Notes: generated from the letters alone by a model not told the origin. Positions 9,437-19,651 are shown, counted from the stretch's first letter. The stretch: DNA of 64,000 bases from an uncultured delta proteobacterium (GCA_963847445.1 CAWJZV010000014.1:128001-192000), one strand, 5' to 3'. Made by a program: numbers and translations.

Positions 9437-10255
9437 CTAACTGCGCAGCGGCCTTGCCCATTTCGTTTTCGGCCGTTCGACCAATTCGCCATCGACGTAG
9501 ATGTCGCAGCCTTGCTCGTGAAAGAAGCTCAGCAGTCCCTTGATCTTCGGGCACTCGGGGATTGTCTCCATGTAGCCCCAAACCAGATCGGCGAACGTCT
9601 CATTGCCCAACTTCACCGACCAGTACGATGCCGGCCCCTTGTACGGGCAACGCGATTGGGTAGTGCTCGGCACCAGCAAATCCATGCGCACATCTTCTTG
9701 CGGCATGTAGTAACGAACCGGATGATTGGTCTCGAAGAGCAAATGCGGCCGGCGCGTTTCGGCGACGGTTTTGCCGTCGATGAGGACCCGCACATGGCGC
9801 GCGCTCGGCAGCGCGTCGACGCGCTTGTAGGGATCGCGAGCGTGCTTGTAGAGCTCTTCTTCCTCCTCCATCCATTTGTCCATCTTCGGCCAGTCAAAAG
9901 CGAAATGGTCTTTGATCGCGCTCGCCGCCGGCAAAGGATTCACGTAGCTCCAAGCCGCATTCTCCGCCGATCGGCCACCGGCGTTGATAGACCAATAGGC
10001 TGCCGCGCCTTTGACCGAACAGTCGGCTTGCTGCGCGCTCGCAGTGAACAGATCGACACGCACATCTTCCTTGGGAAAATAATAAGCCGGCAGCACTTCA
10101 GCCTCACGCACCAACTTCGCGCGCTTGCTGCTGGCAATCACCTCGCCGCCGAAGAACACCCGCACATGGCGCGGACTCTGGGAAACATGCAGCCAATGCC
10201 CGGCATCGCCATGAATCGGCACGCGCTCTTGAATGATATTGCTCTGCATGATCAT
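9437..10255 (-). CDS. DUF427 tandem-domain protein
   Basis: Two repeats of the YYxPxEDVR...C-x-x-KG-x-A-x-YWS...AWxY motif. Confidence 0.9.
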   Translation of the reverse strand: MIMQSNIIQERVPIHGDAGHWLHVSQSPRHVRVFFGGEVIASSKRAKLVREAEVLPAYYFPKEDVRVDLFTASAQQADCSVKGAAAYWSINAGGRSAENAAWSYVNPLPAASAIKDHFAFDWPKMDKWMEEEEELYKHARDPYKRVDALPSARHVRVLIDGKTVAETRRPHLLFETNHPVRYYMPQEDVRMDLLVPSTTQSRCPYKGPASYWSVKLGNETFADLVWGYMETIPECPKIKGLLSFFHEQGCDIYVDGELVERPKTKWARPLRS

Positions 10256-10285
10256 AACCTCCGTTCAGAACTCACCACGACCCCA

Positions 10286-10815
10286 AGAGGGCGGGTTTAA
10301 AACCCGCCCGAATCCTATTCTTTTGTGCACTTTGCCGTCTTTGCGGCCAATTTTCCGAAACCGAATTTCTATTTACCATGCGACCTTTGTATTGCAGTAG
10401 CTCACAGTTTGCGAAGCTTGCGCAAATTTTTCGGTCCTGTGTTCGTAAGTAGCCGCGCTCAATGAGAAAAATCCATCTCACCACGAAGGACACGAAGAGC
10501 ACGAAGTTCAGAGAAATAATTCCCCAAACCTTCGTGTCCTTCGCGACCTTCGTGGTAACACTCTTTCCCATTTGGTTGCGGCTGTGCCGCGCTAAGCTCT
10601 TTGTGGTTAAGTTTCTAATCCGAATTTCCGACTTCGTGTCCTTCATGCCTCCTGTGAAAATACCGGGCATGGGTTTGTAGGATGTGGTGACCAAAGCGAA
10701 CCGGATCGTGGTAAGTCGCGCTCGCTCAATGCGGTTCGCGGGCTCACCACATCCTGCGGGTTTCGCGATTTGCCACTTTGGTTGCGGCGTAGCCGCGCTG
10801 TGAACTTGGTGGTGA
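10286..10815. repeat. Cluster of intergenic palindromic repeats (REP-like GGGCGGGTTTAAAACCCGCCC, family A hairpin, TTGGTTGCGGC..GCCGCGCT units)
   Basis: Family A hairpin CACCACGAAGGACACGAAG...CTTCGTGTCCTTCGCGACCTTCGTGGT at 10479-10556; TTGGTTGCGGC units at 10571 and 10778. Confidence 0.8.
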
Positions 10816-10847
10816 CTATTCCTCCACAGTAAAACCAGAACCGCCCT

Positions 10848-11816
10848 TTACTTGAGCGCTTGTTGCAGCAGCGTAAAGTCGGTGAGCTGTGACGGAGCAA
10901 CGCCTTTGATGCCAGCTTCCGCCAGCATGGATGTGACCAGCGAATTCAGCATTGAATCCTCGACCATGCCGTTCCTCGTGTAGTTGTTGATCGCCATCTG
11001 ATAGATCTCGGCCGCCATCTCGCGATCGAGCTTCAGCCAGCTGATCATTATCTGTTGCGTGCCTTCAGGGTTTTCCCGCAGGTAGCGCAGCGCCTGGAGC
11101 ATCGCCCGGATCACGCGCCGCACTTGATCGGGTTGATCGCGCAGTTTGCCGGTGTTGACGCCGAGCCCGCCGGCGAGCAGGCCGTGATAATCAGCGGCGT
11201 TGATCAATAGCTTGAGGCCCATCTTCTTGGCCCGAAATGCCTCGCCGTAATCCATCATCGCGCTGTCGATGGAGCCGGAGAGCATGGCGCCGATGCGCGT
11301 GCCGGTGTCGACAACGCGATAAATCACGTCGCGATCCGGATCCAGACCGCTTTGCTTGAGAATAAACTTGGCCGAAATCTGCTGTGAGCCGAGCAGTCCG
11401 GGGACGCCCATCGATTTTCCCTTGAGCTCGCTTACCGACTTGATCTCCGGGCGCACGACCAAACCCCAAAACGGTTTGGTCGTGCCGAGAAACACGATGC
11501 GCACCGGCAATCCTCTGGCCGCGGACACGAAAGTCGAGCCGGCTCTGAGCGTGTAATGAATATTGCCGCTGGCCAGCGCGGCGCGATCGACCTCGGTGCG
11601 GGTGAGCAGCAGCTTGACGTCGAGATTTTGCTCGCGAAAGAAGCCCCGCTGGCGCGCCACCTCGGCGGGCAGAAACGTGATGCTTGGGCCAGCGTAAGAA
11701 ATCAAAATTTCTTCAAGCGCCAACGCCGGCTGCGCCAGCCGTGTGAGCGAAACGATCGCGAACAGAACAAACAAACACCGGCGAATGCGCTTGCCTTTCA
11801 TGAATGTCATACCCAT
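10848..11816 (-). CDS. ABC transporter substrate-binding protein (NitT/TauT, NMT1-like)
   Basis: Signal peptide, RGFFREQNLDVK, IKSVSELKGKSMGV, C-terminal PSQLTDFTLL. Confidence 0.88.
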   Translation of the reverse strand: MGMTFMKGKRIRRCLFVLFAIVSLTRLAQPALALEEILISYAGPSITFLPAEVARQRGFFREQNLDVKLLLTRTEVDRAALASGNIHYTLRAGSTFVSAARGLPVRIVFLGTTKPFWGLVVRPEIKSVSELKGKSMGVPGLLGSQQISAKFILKQSGLDPDRDVIYRVVDTGTRIGAMLSGSIDSAMMDYGEAFRAKKMGLKLLINAADYHGLLAGGLGVNTGKLRDQPDQVRRVIRAMLQALRYLRENPEGTQQIMISWLKLDREMAAEIYQMAINNYTRNGMVEDSMLNSLVTSMLAEAGIKGVAPSQLTDFTLLQQALK

Positions 11817-11892
11817 TGGTCCTCGATGGAACAGGCGGAATCGGATCCGAGATTTTGAAATCTGAAATTTGCCATTTGAGATGCACGCGGCG

Positions 11893-12927
11893 CTACGCGC
11901 GCCCCTCTTCGCGATAAAGATCGAGCGCCTTGAGCGCCGGCGCATCGCTCATGGAGAAAAGAATCGCTTCTTCGGATGACGCATTCCTATGCAGGTGGGC
12001 GTACCAGAGCGGAACGACAAAAGTGTCGCCTTGCTGCCATTCGAACTGCTGCTCGCCAATCTGCGTTGTCCCTCGGCCGCGAAACACGTGATACATCACC
12101 GTGCTCGTGTGGCGGTGCGATCTTGTCTCTTCTTTCGCTGGCAGCAGTTGCACCGCGCACTGAATTGTCGTCATCGTCGGTCCGCCGGTCACGGGATTCC
12201 GGTAATCGAGCAAGAATCCATCGAAGCTATCTCGTGCCGCCGGAGTTTTCGTCAAGGCGCGCAACGCCGGTTCGGTGTCGCGCCATTTGTAATGAAAATA
12301 ATCCGCCAGCGGCAGGCCGTGGCGAATCGAACTGCCGAGCTTATCCATCAGAGCTTCGCTGCTCTCCTCGATCGGCTGGCGCCGCTCGGGATATCGCTCC
12401 TGCATGACTTGATGCAGCGCCGTGACCAGAGGAAAGTCCAAACCGTCGAGCCACAGCATTGGCTGGTTCGAATCGTTGGAATGGTCGTGCCAGGTAAGCT
12501 TCGGCGTAAGAATCAGATCACCAGGCTCCATGACGCATTGCTGGCCGTTCACCGTCGTGTAGGCCCCGTTGCCCTGGACGACGAAGCGCAACGCCGCCGG
12601 TGTGTGGCGGTGTGCCCGCGCATTTTCGCCGGGTTTCACATATTGGAACGAAACTTGGATCGTGTGCGTCGCAAAGGCATGCGTGCGATCGAGGCCAGGA
12701 TTGACTAACCGAACGACCCGCCGCTCGCTGTTCTCCAGGCTGATCACTTCACCGGCGCGCAACAGACTGTCGTAAACATCCTGCCACTTCCACAGACAAG
12801 GCTGCACCGCGGTCACCGGATGATTCGGCAACCCCTCCATACCGAGTCGCCAATACCCAGAAAGATTCTTACCCGCCATGTCGCGGTCGAGGAGATCGAC
12901 GCTATCTTTGCGCGCTGGTTGGCTCAT
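11893..12927 (-). CDS. Bicupin ring-cleavage dioxygenase (gentisate 1,2-dioxygenase-like)
   Basis: ERRVVRLVNPGL, AHRHTPAALRFV..G.GAYTTVNG, PGDLILTP..WHDH, WLDGLDFP, HRHT. Confidence 0.9.
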   Translation of the reverse strand: MSQPARKDSVDLLDRDMAGKNLSGYWRLGMEGLPNHPVTAVQPCLWKWQDVYDSLLRAGEVISLENSERRVVRLVNPGLDRTHAFATHTIQVSFQYVKPGENARAHRHTPAALRFVVQGNGAYTTVNGQQCVMEPGDLILTPKLTWHDHSNDSNQPMLWLDGLDFPLVTALHQVMQERYPERRQPIEESSEALMDKLGSSIRHGLPLADYFHYKWRDTEPALRALTKTPAARDSFDGFLLDYRNPVTGGPTMTTIQCAVQLLPAKEETRSHRHTSTVMYHVFRGRGTTQIGEQQFEWQQGDTFVVPLWYAHLHRNASSEEAILFSMSDAPALKALDLYREEGRA

Positions 12928-13048
12928 GGTCTTTCCTCCGTATGCCAAGAGTGCAGGTTAAAAACCCGTCCCTACATTGGACTTCCTCTTGGATCATACT
13001 TTGTCATCTTTGCGTTCTTTGCGGCCAATTATCCGATTGCCTTTGTTT

Positions 13049-13672
13049 CTAAGTTTGCGTCGGCCGCGGCGGTATCGGTTCGTTGTAAATCATATCCACC
13101 CACATGGGCTCGTAAGCGGCGACAAAACCGTTCTTGTATTCATGACCGCAATAATGCGCTGGCTTAAGCTTGTCCCAGAGAATGTAACCCTTGTCGTCGA
13201 CACAACCATCGTCGACAGATGCGGCAACGACTTTCCCCACAACCATTAGCCGGTGCAGCCACTGCTTGGTCCACTCGACTTTGCACTCAAAGTGACTGCG
13301 GCAATCGGCGATGCGCGGCGGCTTGACAACTTTGGCGGGGAGCGCCGTTAGCCCGGCCTTGTCAAGCTCATTGACTCCCGGCGGAAATTCGAGGCCGACA
13401 ACCCGCACCTTTTCGAGAATCTCACGCTCGTAGGATGGCACGTTGACGACAAATTCGCCGTTGGCCAAAATATTGTTGTAGGTATCCTTGGTCGCACCGG
13501 TCGTAAACGCGATGTACACCGGATCGTGGCATACTCTGACGCAGGTGCCATACGATGCGGCGTTGACCCGTCCGGCATCGTCCACCGTTGTGATCATCAC
13601 CAGGCACGCGCTCGGCGCAAACAGCTTGTCCCAATGTTCGCTCGGCACATCGATCTTGTGCACAGCAGTCAT
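13049..13672 (-). CDS. Flavin reductase-like FMN-binding protein
   Basis: ITTVDDAGRVNAA, DTYNNILANGEFVVN, ELDKAGLT..PAKVVKPPRI..C..HFEC. Confidence 0.88.
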   Translation of the reverse strand: MTAVHKIDVPSEHWDKLFAPSACLVMITTVDDAGRVNAASYGTCVRVCHDPVYIAFTTGATKDTYNNILANGEFVVNVPSYEREILEKVRVVGLEFPPGVNELDKAGLTALPAKVVKPPRIADCRSHFECKVEWTKQWLHRLMVVGKVVAASVDDGCVDDKGYILWDKLKPAHYCGHEYKNGFVAAYEPMWVDMIYNEPIPPRPTQT

Positions 13673-13782
13673 AGTTAATTCCTCCAATCATTCAATTGCA
13701 GTCTGAAACCTAGCCGAAACAAAACCGCGCCGTCAAATGGAATTCTTCGCATCGGCAGACAAATGTTGATAATATCGGCGCC

Positions 13783-13939
13783 ATGATTGGACCTGTCGTT
13801 CCGCTCATTCTATCCATAGTCGCGGTCGCACTGCCGAGCAACGCGAGCTGCTCAGCGTGAAGCATGACATCCCCCTCCGCCAAGTCGCCGACTTCGCCCA
13901 CTCAACCGAGTGGTGAAAGAATTGAATCTTAGCCGATGA
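13783..13939 (+). pseudogene. Very short remnant of an ABC solute-binding protein (signal peptide plus extreme C-terminus)
   Basis: MIGPVVPLILSIVAVALP, then in shifted frames EQRELLSVKHDIPLRQVADFA / LNRVVKELNLSR-stop, resembling the SBP C-termini in this window. Confidence 0.55.
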
Positions 13940-14133
13940 AGAAATTTGGCCGCAAAGCTTGTCCTGAGAAAATGTGAACCAACGGAGTCATGCATCCGAT
14001 CTCTTTGTAGGGGCGTATCGCATACGCCCTGGGGTGGCGACGCGGCGGTCACACACCTATAGCTCCAAATTGACATCGCGCTGACAGATCGGTTAGGTTT
14101 CAGGCTGGAAACGATTTCTAACGAGGCAAACAG

Positions 14134-15177
14134 ATGCGATTTGGCACCTTCAGTTACAATCAGCGGCGACCCTGGGCGTCCGAGAAGCAGGCGTTCGACG
14201 AACTGCTCGAACAGATAGAGCTGACGGAAAAGCTCAACTTCAACGAAGCCTGGTTCGCCGAGCATCATCATTCAGACTACGGCATGCTTGCGTCGCCCAA
14301 TTTGATGATCGCCGCCTTGGCGCGCCGCACCGAGCGGCTGCGCTTCGGCAACCTGGTCAGCGTGTTGCCGCTCTACGATCCCATGCGCCTGGCCGAAGAG
14401 TGCGCCATGTTGGATATCCTCACCGGCGGCCGGCTGAACATCGGCCTCGGCCGCGGCGTGCCCAAGGACGACATGAAACATCGGCTCGACCGCGAAACCG
14501 CACAGGCGCGCTTCGAGGAAGGCATCGAAATCCTCCTGCGCGCCTGGACCGGCGAGACATTCAGCTACACGGGCAAAGCCTGGGGTTACGAAGAGATATC
14601 CTGCCGGCCCCAGCCGCTGCAGAAACCGCACCCGCCGATCTACTATGGCGCGACATCGCCGGATAGCCCGGCGATGGTAGCGCGGCGCGGTTGGAATCTC
14701 GCGCTGTCGCGCCAGCCGCTGGCGAACTGCGCCAAAGCCATCGAGAAATACCGCGCCGAGCTCGCCAACCTTGGCCATGTCAACGGCACAGGCGACGCCA
14801 TCATGGTGCGCGATATTTACGTCGCCGACTCCGACGATCAGGCCTGGCGCGAAGCGGTGCCTGAAATCATGCGCTTCTGGCAACTGGCCACCGATAATTA
14901 CTGGCGCGGCGAGACGGTTTCGGAAGCCGATCTGACGCGCTTCACCGAACGCTACGCCTACTATCCCGGCGGATTGACGATCAAGCGTTTAGACGAATGG
15001 GGCACTTCGCTGATCGGCAGCCCCGAAACTGTCGTGAAAAAGGCCCGCGCCATGATTGCGACCGCCAAGCCTGACAGCCTGGTCGGCATGTTCCAGTTCG
15101 GCGGCTTGAAACATGAACAGGTGATGCATTCCCTTGAACTGTTCGGCACCAAGGTCATGCCGGCGCTGGGAGCTTAG
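14134..15177 (+). CDS. LLM-class flavin-dependent oxidoreductase (luciferase-like)
   Basis: AWFAEHH, PLYDPMRLAEECAMLDILTGGRLNIGLGRG, PQPLQKPHPPI. Confidence 0.92.
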   Translation: MRFGTFSYNQRRPWASEKQAFDELLEQIELTEKLNFNEAWFAEHHHSDYGMLASPNLMIAALARRTERLRFGNLVSVLPLYDPMRLAEECAMLDILTGGRLNIGLGRGVPKDDMKHRLDRETAQARFEEGIEILLRAWTGETFSYTGKAWGYEEISCRPQPLQKPHPPIYYGATSPDSPAMVARRGWNLALSRQPLANCAKAIEKYRAELANLGHVNGTGDAIMVRDIYVADSDDQAWREAVPEIMRFWQLATDNYWRGETVSEADLTRFTERYAYYPGGLTIKRLDEWGTSLIGSPETVVKKARAMIATAKPDSLVGMFQFGGLKHEQVMHSLELFGTKVMPALGA

Positions 15178-15202
15178 AAGCAAGTAATAGGGAAATTTAG
15201 CG

Positions 15203-16307
15203 ATGAGCGATGCGATGCAATGGATCGAACCGCGCGATCGACGTTTCGATTGGCTCAACGTCGCCGATTGGGAACAACCTCAGGATGACGGCTGTGCAGC
15301 CGGTGCGCGTCACCAAAACTTGGCGCGACCAGTGGCCGAAAAAGACCGCGCGCCGCGCCATGTCGTCAGCGGGCATGGCGGTGCGTTTTCGCACCGACTC
15401 GAAGAAACTGGTTTTTCGCGTCACTTTCGTCGACGCGCCGGACACGCCGCCGGCGACACCGGCTTCGGGCTGGGAGCGCTCGCGGCCGAATTTTTTTTCG
15501 CTCTACCGCGACCGCAAATATGTCGCCAGCATGGCCGGGCTCACTCACTTCGAACTGCAGGAAGTAACCATCTTCAACGATCGAGAACTCGCCGGCGCGG
15601 CGGAGATCCAAGTGCTGCTGCCCTTCTACTATCGCAACTCCGAGGTCATCTTGCACGCCATCGGCATCGATGCCGCCGCGCAATTAGAGCAAGCTGCGCC
15701 GGATAAACGGCCACGGATTTTTTTTCACGGCGACTCGATCACTCAAGGCCATGGCGTTACCAGCCCGCGGGAGACCTATGTCTGGCAAGTCGCCGAGCAG
15801 TTGAACTGCGTCGGCATCAACTTCGGCTTCGGCGGCACCGCCTGGGCCGACAATATCGTCGCCCAGACCATCGCCGGCCGCAACGATTGGGATGTGCTGT
15901 CGATCATGCTCGGGACAAACTCATTTGCCGGAAAGGACGCGACCGGGAAACCGGAAACCGCGGCGCAGTACGCGGCCAAGTATGACGCATTTCTATCGAC
16001 CATCAGAGCCACCGCGCCGACCAAGCCGATTCTCTGCGTGACGCCGATCTTGAACCGGGCGGATCTAGCTCGCGGCGGCAATCTAAACGGCGAGCGCCCC
16101 GAGTTGTACCGTGAAGGCATCACCCGCGTCGTCCGCCAGCGGCAACGCAGCGATAGGCAATTGCACCTAGCCGACGGCTTGGCGATGGTCAACGAACCGC
16201 TATTCCTGCTCGTCACCGATCGCGTCCACCCCAACGACGCAGGCATGCACCGCATCGCAAACGGCGTAGTCGAAGCGCTAAAACCCCTGCTGGCGAATCT
16301 GCGCTAG
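15203..16307 (+). CDS. SGNH/GDSL hydrolase (frameshift near 15293)
   Basis: FHGDSITQG, NFGFGG, MLGTNS, DRVHPN; N-terminus MSDAMQWIEP lies in another frame. Confidence 0.88.
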
Positions 16308-16326
16308 TTAGATACTGAAAAAAATC

Positions 16327-16368
16327 GGCCCAAGGCGCTACGCGATTGACAGCGTACGCCTTGGGCCC
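16327..16368. terminator. Hairpin between convergent genes
   Basis: GGCCCAAGGCG(C)TACGC-loop-GCGTACGCCTTGGGCC, with an A-tract on the left (U-tract for the minus strand). Confidence 0.65.
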
Positions 16369-16395
16369 GTGGTCGACTCAGGATAAAAGTTGCGC

Positions 16396-16731
16396 TTATG
16401 CCGGGGTTGTCTCTATACGCAGGGAGAAGATTCTTTTCGCCGCCTGCGGGATCGCGCCGACGCCGACGCTTTGCCGCGAGATTACCTTGCCGGCCTCGTC
16501 GCGCACTTCCATCAGGAGATAATATTCAAGTGATTCGGTTTCGCTGGCATTTTTCAGAGTCCCTTCGACCCACAGCGGGCAGCTGGTTTGCTTGGTCCGT
16601 GGCTCGGCGCCGATTGAGACGAAGCGCAAGTTATGGCGACACATCGGACAGGTCGCCGCGCTTTTAAGGATCGTCGCTCTGCAGTGGGGACAGCTGCGCG
16701 ATTCGCCGGCCGTCGGCTGCCCGACTTTCAT
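16396..16731 (-). CDS. Small zinc-ribbon protein with beta-rich C-terminal domain
   Basis: CPHC-x10-CPMC; VEGTLKN...EVRDEAGKVI; ATGA overlap with the upstream bactofilin. Confidence 0.75.
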   Translation of the reverse strand: MKVGQPTAGESRSCPHCRATILKSAATCPMCRHNLRFVSIGAEPRTKQTSCPLWVEGTLKNASETESLEYYLLMEVRDEAGKVISRQSVGVGAIPQAAKRIFSLRIETTPA

Positions 16732-17267
16732 CCGGCGGCTCCGACTTTTTCTTTCTCTTGGGCGTGGCCGTTGGAAAACTTGGCGACTTCGCTGGCGCTC
16801 CAGCCAAACTCGACATGACCGCGCATGCGCGAGCCCGCCACCACCGTCAGCGTCGCAGCTTTGAGATCGCCCACCAGTTGGCCGGACTCCAGTAATTTCA
16901 CTTGGGCGCCGGCGATCACGTTACCTTCCAGTTCGCCGCCGATGGTGACATTGGCGGCCTGCACTTTGGCTGAAACCTTGGCGCCCTTGTCGAGATTCAG
17001 ATCGCCTTTGATTTGGATATCGCCCTTAAATTTACCGCCGATGCGAATGTCGGCGTCGCCTTCAATTTTGCCTTCAATGGTAACACCCGGTCCGAATATC
17101 GACTCGCGGCGACCCGATGGTGCGCTTTCCTTAGGCGTCGGCACCACCGGTGTCGGCGCAGGTGTCGGTGCGGCAGTGGTCGCGGTCGGAGTGGGTGTCG
17201 GAACCGGCGGTACCGGCTGCGGTTTTTCTGGACTCGCCTCGGGGGTAGCTTGATTCCACAATGCCAT
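16728..17267 (-). CDS. Bactofilin (polymer-forming cytoskeletal protein)
   Basis: SIFGPGVTIEGKIEGDADIRIGGKFKGDI...VTIGGELEGNVIA...LVGDLKAATL; Pro/Thr-rich N-terminus; GGAGG RBS. Confidence 0.92.
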   Translation of the reverse strand: MALWNQATPEASPEKPQPVPPVPTPTPTATTAAPTPAPTPVVPTPKESAPSGRRESIFGPGVTIEGKIEGDADIRIGGKFKGDIQIKGDLNLDKGAKVSAKVQAANVTIGGELEGNVIAGAQVKLLESGQLVGDLKAATLTVVAGSRMRGHVEFGWSASEVAKFSNGHAQEKEKVGAAG

Positions 17268-17340
17268 GGAAACCTCCTTGATCACGGAAACGATTTTCGG
17301 ATGGAAACGGAAGCATTCTCGACAAACGGATAATTTTGGA

Positions 17341-17356
17341 GCAAGCGAAGTGCCAA
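17341..17356 (-). promoter_or_regulatory. Sigma-54 (-24/-12) promoter for the bactofilin operon
   Basis: Minus strand TTGGCACTTCGCTTGC matches TGGCAC-N5-TTGC, about 75 bp upstream of the ATG. Confidence 0.7.
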
Positions 17357-17708
17357 AAATCCAAAAAGCAGCAAGAATCTCTAGTCGAATTGCCACGCGC
17401 ACCCTTTGACATAGACCTGCGTCAAAAACTTCCATAAAACGCCAGAAGTGGCAACAAATGACAGCAAAAGGCACTACCCGCCAAAAGAAATAGACAATTA
17501 AAATTACGATTAAAACAACAACTGTCTGCGAATAGCTTCACAAAAAGCGCAGGGAATAGCAGTCGGTGAACAAAATTGAACTGCCGGTTCGAAAGACCGG
17601 AAACTGCCGTGATCGGAACGCCCAAGCTCAATGCCCGTCATCAATAAAACCGTAGCGGCGAGTACAATTTCGACAAATCCCAACAACCGTACCAACCGCA
17701 AAAACTTT

Positions 17709-18061
17709 TTAGCGCAGCGCTCTTTCGGCGAAACTCCAATCCCTCACGGTTGGTGGATTGACCGCCGCCTTCTCCTCTTCCTTCGAGCGAAAAGTCCCCA
17801 CCGCAAGCAAATCTTCGATGGCGCCATTGGGCAAGATCAGGTCGAGGTTATATTGCTCGCGCAACAAGTTGTAAAACTTTTCGATGAAAATCGTTCGGTT
17901 GTTACGCGCGCTGCGCTCGGCGTGCCTGTTTCTTCACGAACAGCGTGGCCGGCGCAGTCGGCCTGTTCGAAAAAAACTTGCGCTTCGATCGATACTAAAG
18001 ACGTGAACGTCGACGCCAGTAACAACGGCAGCATTTGTTTAATGACCAGGGTTCGACTCAT
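17709..18061 (-). pseudogene. Internally deleted ABC solute-binding protein remnant
   Basis: N-terminal MSRTLVIKQMLPLLLASTFTSLVSIEAQ; another frame gives FIEKFYNLLREQY...VNPPTVRDWSFAERALR-stop, similar to ...VPPSQVFDFSFVQKAVK of the 20707 SBP. Confidence 0.6.
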
Positions 18062-18247
18062 GTTGCAGGTCTCCGCTTACCGCCTAGACTGGCGCTGAAC
18101 GTGGCCTTCGCCCTGGTAAGGGTCAAGCTCCATCGCTTGACCGACATCGGTAACCGTACTAGCCTTTTCTTCAAGCTCGACAATGATGCTTCGCGCGCGA
18201 AAGTAGAGTCGGTTCCGAGCCGGAACATATCACCGAGAGGGAAGATC

Positions 18248-19333
18248 ATGAAAGCCGAAAAGCCATCCGATGCCGCCCGCGAAGCCTTTCACCAGCGCAT
18301 GCACGCCAACAACATGTACGGTCTGTGGGAGCTCGCCAGTCAGATGACGCCCCAGCCGCAGCCTAAAATGGTCGCCCATATGTGGCCTTGGTCGACCTTG
18401 GAGTCGCTCGTCAGCGAATCGACTCGAGCGGTGCCGGTGGGCGACGAGCGGCGCGCCTTGCAGCTATTTAATCCTGGACTCAACGGCCGGTGGGCGACGA
18501 CGAATAATTTAATCGCCGCGGTGCAAGTGCTGCTCCCCGGCGAAGTGGCGCGCGCGCACCGCCACACACCGACGGCGATTCGCTTCATTATTGAAGGTAG
18601 TGGGGCGTACACCGCCGTCGACGGCGAGCGCGTCTACATGGAGCCGGGCGATTTGATTCTGACGCCAAGCTGGTCCTGGCACGACCATGGCAACGAAACC
18701 AAAGACCGCATCGTCTGGATGGACGGCCTCGACATCCCGTTGATCGCCTCGCTGGAAGCGATGTTTTTTCAGTTTTACAGCCAGACTCAAGTGCCGGCAT
18801 CGCGCCCGGCGTATACTTCCCAAGCCATGTACGGCACCGGCCAACTCAATCCGACCTGGATTAAAGAGAAGACCAGCGCCTCGCCGCTGCTGCTCTACTC
18901 TTGGGAACAAACCTGGAAAGCGCTGGACGCCCTACGCGGTCAGACCGGCAGCCCATTCGACGGCATCTCGCTGGATTATCGCCACCCGCAGACCGGCGGC
19001 CCGGTGCTGCCGACCATGGCTTGCCGCATCCAGCTGCTGCGCCCCAATGAACATACCCAAGCGCACCGCCACACCGGCAGCGCGGTCTACCATGTCGTCC
19101 AAGGCCAAGGCCAGACGATCATCGACGGCAAAAGCTTCGCTTGGCGCAAAGGCGACATCATCGCCCTGCCACCCTGGTCGATGCATGAACATGTCAATAG
19201 CTCGGCCAAAGCCGACGCCGTCCTGTTCTCGATCCAAGACGCCCCCGTGCTCAACGCCCTCGGGCTCTACTACGAAGAAGAGTTCAGCGACAACGGCGGC
19301 CATCAAACGGTCACATCTGCATTCACGGCGTGA
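18248..19333 (+). CDS. Bicupin ring-cleavage dioxygenase (gentisate 1,2-dioxygenase-like)
   Basis: ERRALQLFNPGL, AHRHTPTAIRFIIEGSGAYTAVDG, WHDHGN, WMDGLDIP, AHRHTGS. Confidence 0.9.
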   Translation: MKAEKPSDAAREAFHQRMHANNMYGLWELASQMTPQPQPKMVAHMWPWSTLESLVSESTRAVPVGDERRALQLFNPGLNGRWATTNNLIAAVQVLLPGEVARAHRHTPTAIRFIIEGSGAYTAVDGERVYMEPGDLILTPSWSWHDHGNETKDRIVWMDGLDIPLIASLEAMFFQFYSQTQVPASRPAYTSQAMYGTGQLNPTWIKEKTSASPLLLYSWEQTWKALDALRGQTGSPFDGISLDYRHPQTGGPVLPTMACRIQLLRPNEHTQAHRHTGSAVYHVVQGQGQTIIDGKSFAWRKGDIIALPPWSMHEHVNSSAKADAVLFSIQDAPVLNALGLYYEEEFSDNGGHQTVTSAFTA

Positions 19334-19651
19334 GACAATGGACCTTCTCGGCCATGATGCGCCCTGAATCGAAGCAATGAGAAGCCGAAAACGTTACCTT
19401 CGGCGCTTTGTGCCTCCACCCACCCGACAATTTCGCTCAAATTCTATTTGTTCCGGTCCGATACTCGCAGTAATCCGGGAATCCCTTTATTCCGTTGAGC
19501 GCCATCCAGGCTACAACGTCTGCTCATGTATCGCGCGGCAACGGTTCTTCAACAAAGCGCGGGTTTTCTCACCCGCACGATATGCGGACAAGAATGTCCG
19601 CGCTCCCTTAGACTCAGAACTTCGTGCTCGTAGCCCGTGGCGCAGTCGAAC

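Noticed and set aside
13783-13932. Possible selenoprotein: signal peptide followed by C-S-A-UGA (CxxU) with a small hairpin about 25 nt downstream
   Set aside because: The same bases read in another frame as a recognisable SBP C-terminus, the read-through peptide is low-complexity, and the hairpin has only 5 bp.
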